Below are positions 39,538 to 48,387 of a stretch of 64,000 nucleotides of DNA, in pieces. The notes beneath the pieces are model-generated. The model saw only the letters and a program-made list of their open reading frames with translations, did not search any database and had not been told where the DNA came from. The translations under genes were made by a program, and so were the position numbers. The stretch covers positions 65,581-129,580 of the forward strand of contig JAYRIP010000005.1 of the NCBI GenBank assembly GCA_041906765.1, in the 5' to 3' direction. Source of the stretch: Candidatus Saccharimonadales bacterium (GTDB taxonomy: Bacteria; Patescibacteriota; Saccharimonadia; Saccharimonadales; JAYRRP01). Every line of letters begins with the position of its first letter. The first letter of the stretch is position 1.

Positions 39538-42500
39538 TTATGTGTCAGGTCCGCAACGATTGCTTGACGGTGAAGGATCCCAATGCCAGGCCTCCTTGGC
39601 ATATTGCTTATATCCGTATTTATGGGCGTTATCGTGAAGCCATACCCATTTATTGTTTGACGGTTCACGTGCGCGTGAGCTACACGAACCACCTCCTTTG
39701 GCGCCGATACCACTAAAATCAATTGCTGCTCCCATTTGATGATTTGAATTGCCCGGATGGGCGACATATGCAGGATCGGGGTGAGCATTCCATAGTGCTT
39801 GTTGATGAGCCATGGTTCTAAAAGAACTAGTAGCAGAAAAAGTTATACCGGCAGCTTTTGCATCATTAAATAACGAGAGAATTGCACCAGAAACTCGTGA
39901 TGTGGTTAGCACATTACCGTTTGCGCCGTTGACGTAATATGGCGTGCCCGGTGTGCTTTCGCTACTCGAACTAGAGAAACCGGGTATTGCACAAAGACGA
40001 ATCTTTACAAGATTGCCATCATTATAACCATCATGAACACCGACGTCTTCAGTGCCTGCAGCACAGGCTATATCTACAGAAGTTTCAAACGGATCGCCAA
40101 CAATGCCACCAGGATTATTGCCGGTGGGTTGGCCGGGACTTGCACTGCCGCCGCTGCCTGGATCTTGCAAATCCTCAGGCTGCAAAACGTCCGTGCTGTA
40201 GATACCGCCGGCGCTGCCGGTGGCTGCTCGCTCTAACAGACACGGACTAACCTCGTTGTGCTCATCTAAGCCAGTTTTATCATTTTTGGTGGCACTATCG
40301 GCCCACACTTGGATTTGCTCATCGCAATATGCATCGGTGTATTTATCACCGTCTGCATTAAATGCTGCATCGTTAAGCGGATAGCCGTACTGTGGTACCC
40401 CAAATGGGTCAGCGGTGGTAGCAGCCTTGGTTTTTGGAGTCATAAATAATGAGCCGAATCCAGTCTGCAATTTGCCGATCGGGTTTGAGAGTAACGAAGC
40501 AACAGAAGACCGGGAAAGTTTACTAAAACTCATTGGCATGCTCATAGCCAGTTGGCTGACCATAGATTTGGAGTCTTCTTTGTCGAACATACGGGCAAAC
40601 AAACTCTTGTGAGCAAATGTCTCCTGCTCTTCCTGTATACGGTCAGTGCGGATAGTAGCGACTTCGGCATCGCTCAGTTTTTTACCCCCTAGTGCGTAGT
40701 GGGCAAAGTCATTACCAGATACATCAGCACCACCGGCCGCCATATTAAAGGTTCGTGCGCCACTCATACCGTCATAAATTGGATCAGGAATGAAGTACTT
40801 AGAAACACTTTGTACAAAACCGCCAAGAATCTCGGCAAACTTGTCCTTGATGGTATCATAGCCCGGGATTACACCAAGTATCCCGTCAGTAATTTTCGAC
40901 AAGGTGTCGCTAACTGCCTTTATGCCGGCACCTACAGTCTTAGACCAGACATCAGCGGCGCCTTTCAAAAAGTTTAGGGGTGGCTTATCGAATAACGCAG
41001 AAAACTTAGTAATGAAGTTATCCGGAATTAATTTTTCTTCTGGGCAAACAAGCTCCCCTGATGCAATCGGCTGATTGTCATCACAGGTGTATTTTGCCTG
41101 TGTACCTTGGGCGTACGCGGTTGGGGATAATAAGTTAAGTACAGAAGTCTTCACGGGCGTAGGGGTTGCCATGAGATTATCGTAGAGGGGGCTGACCTCG
41201 GCAGCCTGATTTTTGTGCTCATCATTTCCGGCAGCATCACTGAGAGTATCTACTGTCCCGCCAAGCAATTCTACGTCTATCTTGGCGTTTTTGAGCTCAT
41301 CGGCATGGCTCCGGTACATTTGATACAACGTTACCATTGCAGTGCCGTTAATTAGGTAAGTCCACCTCTTTAATTGTGGTCCGGCATCCCCAATCGCCTT
41401 AATAAACTTTGCGGTAGTATCTATAATGCCTATGACATTCGATACTTTTGAAGTTTCAGCAGTAGCGGTTGCAACCCCTTCAATAAGTTTCTCGTTTGAA
41501 AACACTTTTTCCGCAGTTTTGTTAATCAAATATTTTGATATGCTACCATTATTTTCTTTCATTATTTTGTCTATTTCATCAGAAAGCTCCTGGGCAGTGA
41601 ATGATAAGGCCTTATTTCCGCTTTCCTCAACTGTTTTGGCAGCATCTTTTTCAAACGTATCGCGGTGCTTTTCGTGGTCCTTGCCCTCTTCTTCTCCTCC
41701 TTCATTAGGCTGACAGGATGCCGTGATAATACATGTCATTGCTTTTTGTACTAGCTCATCCCGCGGGAATACCACTCGCTTGACTATCAGCATTTTGGCG
41801 GCGCTTTTCTTCTTATCTTTCCAGTCATCAAACTTATCAGTTGTTTTGCAGAAAAACAGACAACGGCGGACACCGTACTTGCGCTCAAGTAAACGGCCTA
41901 CTTTAAAGCGGTACATCATTTGCCGGATTTTGGTTTCGTTTTTAAATGCATCTTTCCATACAGAGCGTATGTCGTTTCTTCCGCTAATTTCAAGTGCTTC
42001 ATCGAGGGTTTTTCCACTAGATATCGAGCTGACGTCAATCCCATTTTTGTCCCCTTTGACGAACATTTTTACACCTCCACCATCCTTCTGGAATGTTAGG
42101 CCATAATTAGTTGCAAGTTTGTTTTCCAGCCGGTTCTCACTCCAAGCCTTATATAGTCGCTTAGAAGGTGAGTCAGTATCAACAATCTTGACGCAGTCCT
42201 TGTTGGTTAGGGTGGACTTACAGTTGGGTTTATCCTTCATAGAAGGAAACACGTGTTTGCGCAAATAATCAGCAAAGAGCTTTTCGCCGCGTTTTTCTGT
42301 GGCCGATTCACCACTGGAGTAGTAATGTTTTTGCAAGTTCTCGGCGATGTGATTGACTTTGAGTGGTAAAAATGACAGAAACGAGCCAACAAGTATGCCG
42401 CCGATCCCGGCACCAATCCCACCGCCGATGATAATTTTTTTTCGCCGTGAGCCAGCCACTTTGTGCTTGAGGCGGCTTAACCGCCCGCCTTCATCGCTGT

Positions 42501-42774
42501 CGTTGTAGCCTTCGCCGATTTGTTTCTCGTGCTGGCCAAGCGCGCCCGCTTCAGCAGTTTCGGCTTTGCCCTTGCCGACTTTGGCGCCGCCACTTTCCTC
42601 AGCCGCCCTTAGCTGCCCGGGACTTTTACCGGCTTTTTCAGCCTTTTTGGTCTGTCTGCGCGACCGGTCCAAAGTATCATCATAAATAGATTTTTTGTCA
42701 TCACCATCAAACAGCGGCTCTTTGACTTCTTCACCGTGTTCGTTTAGTTCTTCTTTGTGTTCTTCTTCGGGCAA
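39538..42774 (-). CDS. 1078-aa membrane-anchored protein with C-terminal M15/VanY-like peptidoglycan peptidase domain
   Basis: The TTG start at 42774 lies 7 nt after AAAGGAG. It has a charged N-terminal region, one TM helix (IIIGGGIGAGIGGILVGSFLSFL), and about 750 aa of unassigned ectodomain. The C-terminal motifs are SFRTMAHQQALW, GNSNHQMGAAIDF and KEAWHWDP (the H-x6-D ... H zinc site of VanY/M15B). Confidence 0.7.
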   Translation of the reverse strand: MPEEEHKEELNEHGEEVKEPLFDGDDKKSIYDDTLDRSRRQTKKAEKAGKSPGQLRAAEESGGAKVGKGKAETAEAGALGQHEKQIGEGYNDSDEGGRLSRLKHKVAGSRRKKIIIGGGIGAGIGGILVGSFLSFLPLKVNHIAENLQKHYYSSGESATEKRGEKLFADYLRKHVFPSMKDKPNCKSTLTNKDCVKIVDTDSPSKRLYKAWSENRLENKLATNYGLTFQKDGGGVKMFVKGDKNGIDVSSISSGKTLDEALEISGRNDIRSVWKDAFKNETKIRQMMYRFKVGRLLERKYGVRRCLFFCKTTDKFDDWKDKKKSAAKMLIVKRVVFPRDELVQKAMTCIITASCQPNEGGEEEGKDHEKHRDTFEKDAAKTVEESGNKALSFTAQELSDEIDKIMKENNGSISKYLINKTAEKVFSNEKLIEGVATATAETSKVSNVIGIIDTTAKFIKAIGDAGPQLKRWTYLINGTAMVTLYQMYRSHADELKNAKIDVELLGGTVDTLSDAAGNDEHKNQAAEVSPLYDNLMATPTPVKTSVLNLLSPTAYAQGTQAKYTCDDNQPIASGELVCPEEKLIPDNFITKFSALFDKPPLNFLKGAADVWSKTVGAGIKAVSDTLSKITDGILGVIPGYDTIKDKFAEILGGFVQSVSKYFIPDPIYDGMSGARTFNMAAGGADVSGNDFAHYALGGKKLSDAEVATIRTDRIQEEQETFAHKSLFARMFDKEDSKSMVSQLAMSMPMSFSKLSRSSVASLLSNPIGKLQTGFGSLFMTPKTKAATTADPFGVPQYGYPLNDAAFNADGDKYTDAYCDEQIQVWADSATKNDKTGLDEHNEVSPCLLERAATGSAGGIYSTDVLQPEDLQDPGSGGSASPGQPTGNNPGGIVGDPFETSVDIACAAGTEDVGVHDGYNDGNLVKIRLCAIPGFSSSSSESTPGTPYYVNGANGNVLTTSRVSGAILSLFNDAKAAGITFSATSSFRTMAHQQALWNAHPDPAYVAHPGNSNHQMGAAIDFSGIGAKGGGSCSSRAREPSNNKWVWLHDNAHKYGYKQYAKEAWHWDPSPSSNRCGPDT

Positions 42775-42799
42775 AACACCGCTCCTTTAATGGTCGAAT

Positions 42800-44713
42800 C
42801 TAACTACCGGGGTACAGTCGATTATCGAGGTCTATTGTTCCCTCCGGTTGGTTTAGGTCTCCTTGTTGCTCGAGCTGCTTTATCTGCTCAGGATTGGTCG
42901 TGATCAGGCCGGTTTCGGTAGGACTGGCGGCAACCTGGATGTGCACATGGCTTTGGCCGGCAAAGAATAGCCCTTGGCCAATTGGGAACTGGCTGAGGCG
43001 TTTTCTCTCCTCGCTGGTGAGCTTAAACACATCGGTTAATACATCTACCGAAGAAGTTGCTTGTTTGAGCAACAGCTGCATGCTGGCATTGGCTACAATC
43101 GCTCGGCCCATCCGTGAACCCATAAAGTCTTCTACATCCTGGCTGATAGTAGTAACGCCCAAGTTATATTTTCGAGCTCGCTTGGCCAGGCTGAACATAA
43201 AGTTGGCCGAATCTTCATATTTCATGAGCTGCCACGCTTCATCAATTACCAAAATGCGGCGCTTTTTATCAGACTTGGTTTTATTCCAGATAAAGTTCAG
43301 CACGATATACATGGCGACCGGCCGGAGCTCGTCTTCCAGGTCACGGATATTAAACACAGCCATCGGGTTATTGATGTCGATATTTGATTGCTGCGAGAAA
43401 ATACCGGCAAAAGTACCGCTGGTGTATTTACGAAGACGCTGTGCCAGCGAAGGGCCACTACCGCCTACATGCAACAGCGTGTCATAGAGGTCGGCAATGG
43501 TAGGCGGCACGGCTGTATGTGTGAGCGGGTCATTAGTAATGCCGGCCTTGGCGTAAGTTTCGATCAGCGCGGCGTCCAGGTCGGCTTCTTCTACTGGACT
43601 GAGTGCGGGCATGGCAGCGACGCCGCCAGAAACCATTTGCGCCTGAGCGCCACCCATCATTAACCGTAGTAAGCCATGCAGAGTAATCAAGTTACTGCGC
43701 AAAGCGTTATCAGCTTCTTCGGGGTCTACCACTTGCGGAAGTTCAAACGGGTTAATGCGGGTAGCCGAGTTGAGGCTTAATCGCACATACGCCCCACCTA
43801 CCGCATCGCACATACGCTGATATTCATTTTCCGGGTCGATAATGAAGATCTCAGTACCAAACATCATACTTCGCAAAGCTTCAAGCTTCACGGCAAACGA
43901 CTTGCCGGCACCGGACTTGGCAAACACTACTGAATTGCCGTTCTCGAGCGTAAAACGGTCAAAAATTACTAAGCCCGAGTTGTGCATGTTGATGCCGTAC
44001 AAGATACCGTTATCTTGGCTAAGATCTGCTGAAGTAAACGGGAAGCTGGTACTGATAGCGCCAGTGTTCATGTTACGCCTGATCAGTAACTGATCAATGA
44101 GCTGAGGCACGGTGCTGTTAAAGCCCTGTTCTTGCTGGGCCGAAGCCACTTTGGAATATACCAATTGTTGACCGAGTAATGATTCAACCTTGTGAGTGAC
44201 AAAGTCGAGCTCTTCCAGAGTATTCGCATAGAGAGTAAAGTACAGTCCAAAGCGGAAAAACCGTTCTTCACCAACCTGCAATTTGTCACGCATTTCCTCA
44301 GCGTCCTGGATGGCAGCTTGTTTGCCTGGGTCACGGACACGGCCTTTTTCGTTATCTATCTGGATGCCAGCTTCCAGCTGGGTGACTTTTTTGCGTAAGT
44401 TCTCCAAAATCACTTGGCTGTCAACTGGGTAGATGTACATGGTGAGATCAATTACTTCGTCAAGGTTGACCATGCTGCTAAGCCAGCCGGTCATCACCTG
44501 ACGGGGGTAGCCGTACACATACATGGTGCGGGCAAAGCGGGTACCAAGGTGGAAAAAGCCATTTTCGTATACCAGTGAGCTCGGCGCGATAAAGTCGCGC
44601 AAAGCGGTTACGCCTTTCTGGAAAGCCGCTTGGACTTCTTGCTCTTCTTGCAGTCTTTGTGCCTGGGCAATAGCTGCAGGGTCGGTCGGTTGCTTCTTCT
44701 TGCCGAAAGCCAT
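42800..44713 (-). CDS. virB4: VirB4/TrbE-family T4SS ATPase (lacking the extreme N-terminal segment, see 44713..45681)
   Basis: It has Walker A FAKSGAGKSF and Walker B RILVIDEAWQLM, with the downstream block TTISQDVEDF. The N-terminal block FARTMYVYGYPRQVMTGWLSSM is as in Gram-positive VirB4 homologs. Confidence 0.85.
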   Translation of the reverse strand: MAFGKKKQPTDPAAIAQAQRLQEEQEVQAAFQKGVTALRDFIAPSSLVYENGFFHLGTRFARTMYVYGYPRQVMTGWLSSMVNLDEVIDLTMYIYPVDSQVILENLRKKVTQLEAGIQIDNEKGRVRDPGKQAAIQDAEEMRDKLQVGEERFFRFGLYFTLYANTLEELDFVTHKVESLLGQQLVYSKVASAQQEQGFNSTVPQLIDQLLIRRNMNTGAISTSFPFTSADLSQDNGILYGINMHNSGLVIFDRFTLENGNSVVFAKSGAGKSFAVKLEALRSMMFGTEIFIIDPENEYQRMCDAVGGAYVRLSLNSATRINPFELPQVVDPEEADNALRSNLITLHGLLRLMMGGAQAQMVSGGVAAMPALSPVEEADLDAALIETYAKAGITNDPLTHTAVPPTIADLYDTLLHVGGSGPSLAQRLRKYTSGTFAGIFSQQSNIDINNPMAVFNIRDLEDELRPVAMYIVLNFIWNKTKSDKKRRILVIDEAWQLMKYEDSANFMFSLAKRARKYNLGVTTISQDVEDFMGSRMGRAIVANASMQLLLKQATSSVDVLTDVFKLTSEERKRLSQFPIGQGLFFAGQSHVHIQVAASPTETGLITTNPEQIKQLEQQGDLNQPEGTIDLDNRLYPGS

Positions 44714-45681
44714 TACTTCAGCTCCTTTTCGAGGTTGGGCTGCGGGGCCATACCGGCGCCTTTCGTCACAATTGGTGCGGTCAAATCATTAAAGTTCTTG
44801 AGCTGCTGGCGGGTGGCGGTATCAGGGTTGTAGGTGTCGTAGTACATCTCGATTAATTCCTGGGTATCAAGTGGCAAGCCTTGGATGCCGCATTGCAACA
44901 GGCCGTTCAATACGGCTTGCACGCGGTTGCGTAACTCGGCTTTACCTTTCTCCAGGTCTGCTTCGTTGATGGTGACATGTTGCTTCTTCTTGGTGTCACC
45001 GAATCCACCAAAGACTTTCTTACCTGCTTCCAGTGCTTTTTGGACGTCTTGTGAGGGATAATACGGGATCACTACATAAAATTTCTTGTCCATAATGTTA
45101 GTTTCGGAGGCTAGACCGTCCATGTAGGTAATGTAATCTTCCATGAGCAGTGCCAGCAGCATGTTTTCGTGCTCGCTGCGGATTTTATCGAGTTTTTGCA
45201 AGTAAGGGGTTAGATCTACTTTTTGAGAGCGGATAAAGATTTGGATAGGGAAATACAAAGAATTCAGAAAACCCTGATATGCAAACTCGACTGCTTCACG
45301 CTCTTCAGGGCTCATAAGGTCGAAGTTGATAGATTTCACCATCAACACTGAACGAAATGACCCATCATCCATTATCACTATACCGTCCCGAACTTCAGCA
45401 ATTTTCAGAGCATTTTGAGTGCTATTGGGATTTTTCTTGGCTTTATCAAGCTTTGGGCCGGAAACTTGGCCAGGGACTGGGGCTGCTTGGCCGGGTGGTT
45501 GCGTAGCATTTGACGGGTAGCCGCTTTGCGGAGGCGCGGGACTATAGCCCGGCGGAGGTGGCATCCCCGTTTGGCCTGGTGGTGGATACGGGCCCGTGTT
45601 AGGAGGACCCTGCGGGGGTTGGTATGGATTCGACGGATTCATATTTTGGCTAGCCCACCCTCCAAAGAATTTGCTCGGCAA
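44713..45681 (-). CDS. T4SS-associated protein: Pro-rich N-terminus plus a domain resembling the extreme N-terminal segment of Gram-positive VirB4 ATPases
   Basis: About the first 95 aa are P/G/Q-rich. The following segment, DGSFRSVLMVKSINFDLMSPEEREAVEFAYQGFLNSLYFPIQIFIRSQKVDL, matches my memory of the leading region of Orf16/PrgJ/TcpF-type VirB4 proteins. Its stop overlaps the virB4 ATG (TAATG at 44711-44715). Confidence 0.45.
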   Translation of the reverse strand: MPSKFFGGWASQNMNPSNPYQPPQGPPNTGPYPPPGQTGMPPPPGYSPAPPQSGYPSNATQPPGQAAPVPGQVSGPKLDKAKKNPNSTQNALKIAEVRDGIVIMDDGSFRSVLMVKSINFDLMSPEEREAVEFAYQGFLNSLYFPIQIFIRSQKVDLTPYLQKLDKIRSEHENMLLALLMEDYITYMDGLASETNIMDKKFYVVIPYYPSQDVQKALEAGKKVFGGFGDTKKKQHVTINEADLEKGKAELRNRVQAVLNGLLQCGIQGLPLDTQELIEMYYDTYNPDTATRQQLKNFNDLTAPIVTKGAGMAPQPNLEKELK

Positions 45682-46770
45682 TTAGTGCAAAGAAACCACG
45701 ATTTCATCCGTAGACTGCCCTTTGGTCTTATGCTTTTGGTTTGCTTCACGCTCCAGGCTCGCCACGGACCGATCATTGTTTCTCGCCAGCCTTATTTTAT
45801 CAGGAACTCCGCCCTCTGTCATTCCGCTTGTGGCTTTTGGTGGGGCTGGTTTAGAGCCCAGTGGATCAATAATTTTCATGTGCGCAAAGCCAGTTGAGGT
45901 ATCAAGTTTATCCTTGTGCACCTTATTGAGCAAGGCTTGCTCGTCTTGGCCTGTTACCGTGGATTCAAAAGGATTTGGCGGCGGAGCTTCGGACACATGA
46001 GCAGTAAACGTAGCCAAGTTTGGCGGTGGTGGGGGTGGCGTGTTCATAAACCAGTAGTCGGGTGCCGGTGCAGGCTCTGAGTGAGCAGTTTTTGTGGTGT
46101 TTGCACCTCGGGCTTCTTCCATGCGCTCCACGGCAGCGGCTTTATGCTGCCTGGCAGCGGCGTTGACCATACTGTCGAGTTTTTGGGCAGTGGGGTTGTA
46201 TTGTTCATCCATAATATCGTCGGCTGCGCCAATGTCTACGGTTGGCAGCACTGGTGCAACGGACGAGGGGTCAAGTAACCGGTCGGTCTGCTGCTGATAG
46301 CCGGTCGTTGCGTAAGCTGGCTGGGTATACATATTCAGCGCCGCGTTCTTGATTGCCCAGCCGCGGCTGTCGAGCGTAGTCGATAACGCTCGAAGCCGGC
46401 TTCGCACTTCTGTTTCGTTGAGCCCTTTACTCTGATACGGGCTTTCTATTTTTGGCGCAGTAATAGTGACCAATTCTTCAATACCATCCTGATCCCATAC
46501 TCTTCTGCGTGGCTTGAACATAAAGCGCAGTTTTGCGGCCAGCCATACTTCTGTGGGTTGATCACGTCCCCATGGAAAAGCCAAAAAGCCAAAACTCACA
46601 ATAAAAGGAACCAGGATAAGGGCGATGTACCATAGTTTTTTGGTAAACAAAAAGAACGCCATATAGGCGCAGATGGCAGTAATCGCCGCAAAGATAAATT
46701 GCTTGAGCGTAAGGGGGCCTAAGAACTTATCCTCGGCCTCAATATCCTGGATAACCTTATACGTCGCCAT
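45682..46770 (-). CDS. PrgI-family (VirB3-like) T4SS membrane protein with long low-complexity C-terminal extension
   Basis: The N-terminus MATYKVIQDIEAEDKFLGPLTLKQFIF is followed by two TM helices, which is the PrgI-type pattern. The remaining ~260 aa are P/A/T-rich. It abuts the next gene with no gap. Confidence 0.5.
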   Translation of the reverse strand: MATYKVIQDIEAEDKFLGPLTLKQFIFAAITAICAYMAFFLFTKKLWYIALILVPFIVSFGFLAFPWGRDQPTEVWLAAKLRFMFKPRRRVWDQDGIEELVTITAPKIESPYQSKGLNETEVRSRLRALSTTLDSRGWAIKNAALNMYTQPAYATTGYQQQTDRLLDPSSVAPVLPTVDIGAADDIMDEQYNPTAQKLDSMVNAAARQHKAAAVERMEEARGANTTKTAHSEPAPAPDYWFMNTPPPPPPNLATFTAHVSEAPPPNPFESTVTGQDEQALLNKVHKDKLDTSTGFAHMKIIDPLGSKPAPPKATSGMTEGGVPDKIRLARNNDRSVASLEREANQKHKTKGQSTDEIVVSLH

Positions 46771-46817
46771 AATTACTTACTACTAAGTATAAGCGTTAAT
46801 CAGATAAGGGCAAGAGG
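46696..46817. repeat. copy A of ~120-bp duplication (PrgI-like gene start + its promoter)
   Basis: By hand alignment it is roughly 85% identical to 48313-48432, with a 2-nt indel in the leader. It contains the first ~25 codons, the ATG at 46770, and a TTGCCC-16-TATACT promoter-like element. Confidence 0.85.
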
Positions 46818-46847
46818 AATAACTTCCCTAGAATCAGGCATACATGG

Positions 46848-46870
46848 TTTGCAAGGAGACTCTCTGCAAA
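46848..46870. repeat. 23-bp palindromic element, copy 1 (tttgcaaggagactctctgcaaa)
   Basis: It is an imperfect member of the family whose consensus is TTTGCAGGGAGACTCCCTGCAAA. It lies between the PrgI-like promoter and the vapC 3' end. Confidence 0.85.
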
Positions 46871-46874
46871 CTGT

Positions 46875-46901
46875 GGACTAGGGACTGTTAACTAGGGACT
46901 A
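46875..46901 (+). repeat. heptamer array GGACTAG|GGACTGT|TAACTAG|GGACTAA
   Basis: It consists of four tandem 7-nt units (consensus GGACTAN) starting 4 nt after palindrome copy 1. The last units overlap the vapC stop. Confidence 0.8.
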
Positions 46902-47325
46902 AAAAGGGATTCACTACTTTTACGCCACTGTAGGTTTGGCCGGCCTGTAAATCTTCGCTGTAGAGTGTTTTGCAATCTAAATCCAGGGCAGCTTGCACAA
47001 TCAGCGAGTCGTAGAAACTAAGGCTGTACAACTGCAATAATTTTAGGGCACGTTCATAAAACTCAAAAGATGGGAAATGTTGACAGAGAGGCTTTAGGAT
47101 TTGACCCAAGAATGTCTCGAGTTCATTAGGTGACAGCTTCGTTTTGAACTTGTTCAGTGCGACATTTGCGAACTCCTGCACCACTTGCGAACTCACCACG
47201 GCTCGCTCGCTACGTATCAACTGTTCTATCAGAGCTTGGGCTTTTGCTTGTTTTACTTTGTCGGTGTGGTCGAACTGGTATACCCAAATGTTGGTGTCAA
47301 TAAATATAGGTGGGTTGCTTGCCAT
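46888..47325 (-). CDS. vapC: PIN-domain toxin (VapC-like)
   Basis: The N-terminus is IFIDTNIWVY with the first PIN acidic residue. It is 145 aa and pairs with the small upstream ORF. Confidence 0.75.
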   Translation of the reverse strand: MASNPPIFIDTNIWVYQFDHTDKVKQAKAQALIEQLIRSERAVVSSQVVQEFANVALNKFKTKLSPNELETFLGQILKPLCQHFPSFEFYERALKLLQLYSLSFYDSLIVQAALDLDCKTLYSEDLQAGQTYSGVKVVNPFLVPS

Positions 47326-47332
47326 ATAACAC

Positions 47333-47554
47333 CTAGCGTTGGTTCATTTCAGCTCGTGTAAATTTTCGTCCTGCGTTGGCATGGGCCATATTGAGTAGTA
47401 ATTTTTTGTACTGGGCCGCCCGGACCTTGCCGGGCACAGTTTGGGTTTCGAGCCACGCTCGGAATTCCTTATTTAGCGTACTACCCTTTTGGGCAGCAGT
47501 CTGCCGGGCTTGCTCGATTAACTTTTCGTCTGCGCTGAGTGTGATGTTCTTCAT
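47333..47554 (-). CDS. putative antitoxin of the VapC-like toxin
   Basis: It is 73 aa, lies 7 nt upstream of vapC, and is helical and basic (MKNITLSADEKLIEQARQTAAQKGSTLNKEFRAWLE). The assignment rests on position and size. Confidence 0.55.
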   Translation of the reverse strand: MKNITLSADEKLIEQARQTAAQKGSTLNKEFRAWLETQTVPGKVRAAQYKKLLLNMAHANAGRKFTRAEMNQR

Positions 47555-47605
47555 ACGAAAACAGTGTACACAAAAATAGTGTGAAAGTAAACAATTAAGA
47601 CTATC

Positions 47606-47628
47606 TTTGCAAGGAGACTCCCTGCAGA
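47606..47628. repeat. 23-bp palindromic element, copy 2 (tttgcaaggagactccctgcaga)
   Basis: It lies in the divergent intergenic region between the VapB-like and MazE-like genes. Confidence 0.85.
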
Positions 47629-47635
47629 GTGGATG

Positions 47636-47664
47636 TTGTGAGGTTATTATAATTTTGTTATAAT
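47636..47664 (+). promoter_or_regulatory. promoter TTGTGA-17-TATAAT, 7 nt upstream of ATG 47672 (leaderless candidate)
   Basis: The hexamers lie at 47636-47641 and 47659-47664, followed by 7 nt (aaacgct) and the ATG. There is no SD. Confidence 0.45.
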
Positions 47665-47671
47665 AAACGCT

Positions 47672-47896
47672 ATGATTACAAGCGTTAGAAAGATTATAAA
47701 AATTGGCTCTAGTGAGGGCGTTACCCTACCAGTTGATGAGCTAAAACACCAGGGTCTCAGGCTAGGTGACAAAGTAGAGGTTACTGTTCGTGCTATCCGC
47801 AAAAATACCGACTCTCAAGATCAAGCTATATTTGACGCGGCCAAAAAAATGCTTGCTGCTTACAAACAAGACTTCAAAAACTTATCACAAAGATGA
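47672..47896 (+). CDS. AbrB/MazE/SpoVT-type antitoxin
   Basis: It has the swapped-hairpin motif IKIGSSEGVTLPVDELKHQGLRLGDKVEV, is 74 aa, and overlaps the doc start by 4 nt. Confidence 0.75.
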   Translation: MITSVRKIIKIGSSEGVTLPVDELKHQGLRLGDKVEVTVRAIRKNTDSQDQAIFDAAKKMLAAYKQDFKNLSQR

Positions 47897-48270
47897 TAAC
47901 CCTGACCCTGGAGCAGATCTTACAAATCCATGTTTTGGTTGTCGAGCAAACAGGTGGCTCCCAGGGATTGCGTGATTTAGGTCGGCTTGAAGCAGTATTA
48001 GCTACTCAAACCCAAACTGTAATGGGGGATGAGGCATACCCTACCATATATGAAAAGTCTGCGGCAGTTATCATGGGTATTATTGCCAATCACCCCTTCA
48101 TAGATGGCAATAAACGCACCGCAATGCTGGCCGGACTAACTTTGCTTAGTATCAACAACACCCAGTTTGTTGCTAATCCAGGAGAAATAGAAGACTTTGC
48201 AGTAAAGATCGCCACAGAGCATTTAGCTGTGCCCGACATTGCAAACTGGCTAAAAGAACACTGCAGATAA
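47893..48270 (+). CDS. doc: Doc/Fic-family toxin (death-on-curing type)
   Basis: It has the Fic/Doc active-site motif HPFIDGNKRTA and is 125 aa. Confidence 0.85.
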   Translation: MITLTLEQILQIHVLVVEQTGGSQGLRDLGRLEAVLATQTQTVMGDEAYPTIYEKSAAVIMGIIANHPFIDGNKRTAMLAGLTLLSINNTQFVANPGEIEDFAVKIATEHLAVPDIANWLKEHCR

Positions 48271-48276
48271 CAATTA

Positions 48277-48387
48277 CTACAAAGGAGGTTTGCAAGGAGA
48301 CTCCCTGCGGAAAAATTGCTTAAGTGTCAGTGGGCCCAGAAACTTGTCCTCGGCCTCAATATCCTGAAGAACCTTATACATCGCCAT
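48277..48387 (-). pseudogene. truncated duplicate of the PrgI-like gene 5' end (about 25 conserved codons, then reads into palindrome copy 3)
   Basis: The reverse strand from ATG 48387 reads MAMYKVLQDIEAEDKFLGPLTLKQF, then FRRESPCKPPL*. The intact gene begins MATYKVIQDIEAEDKFLGPLTLKQF. The upstream promoter-like sequence is also duplicated. Confidence 0.75.
48289..48311. repeat. 23-bp palindromic element, copy 3 (tttgcaaggagactccctgcgga)
   Basis: It starts 19 nt after the doc stop and directly abuts the truncated PrgI-like fragment. Confidence 0.85.

Noticed and set aside
46848-48311. TA cassettes plus palindromes as an integron cassette array (attC sites)
   Set aside because: There is no IntI-type integrase or attI in the window, the palindromes are far shorter than typical attC sites, and the cassettes carry their own promoters and point in both orientations. 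I kept it as an open comparison but do not claim it.
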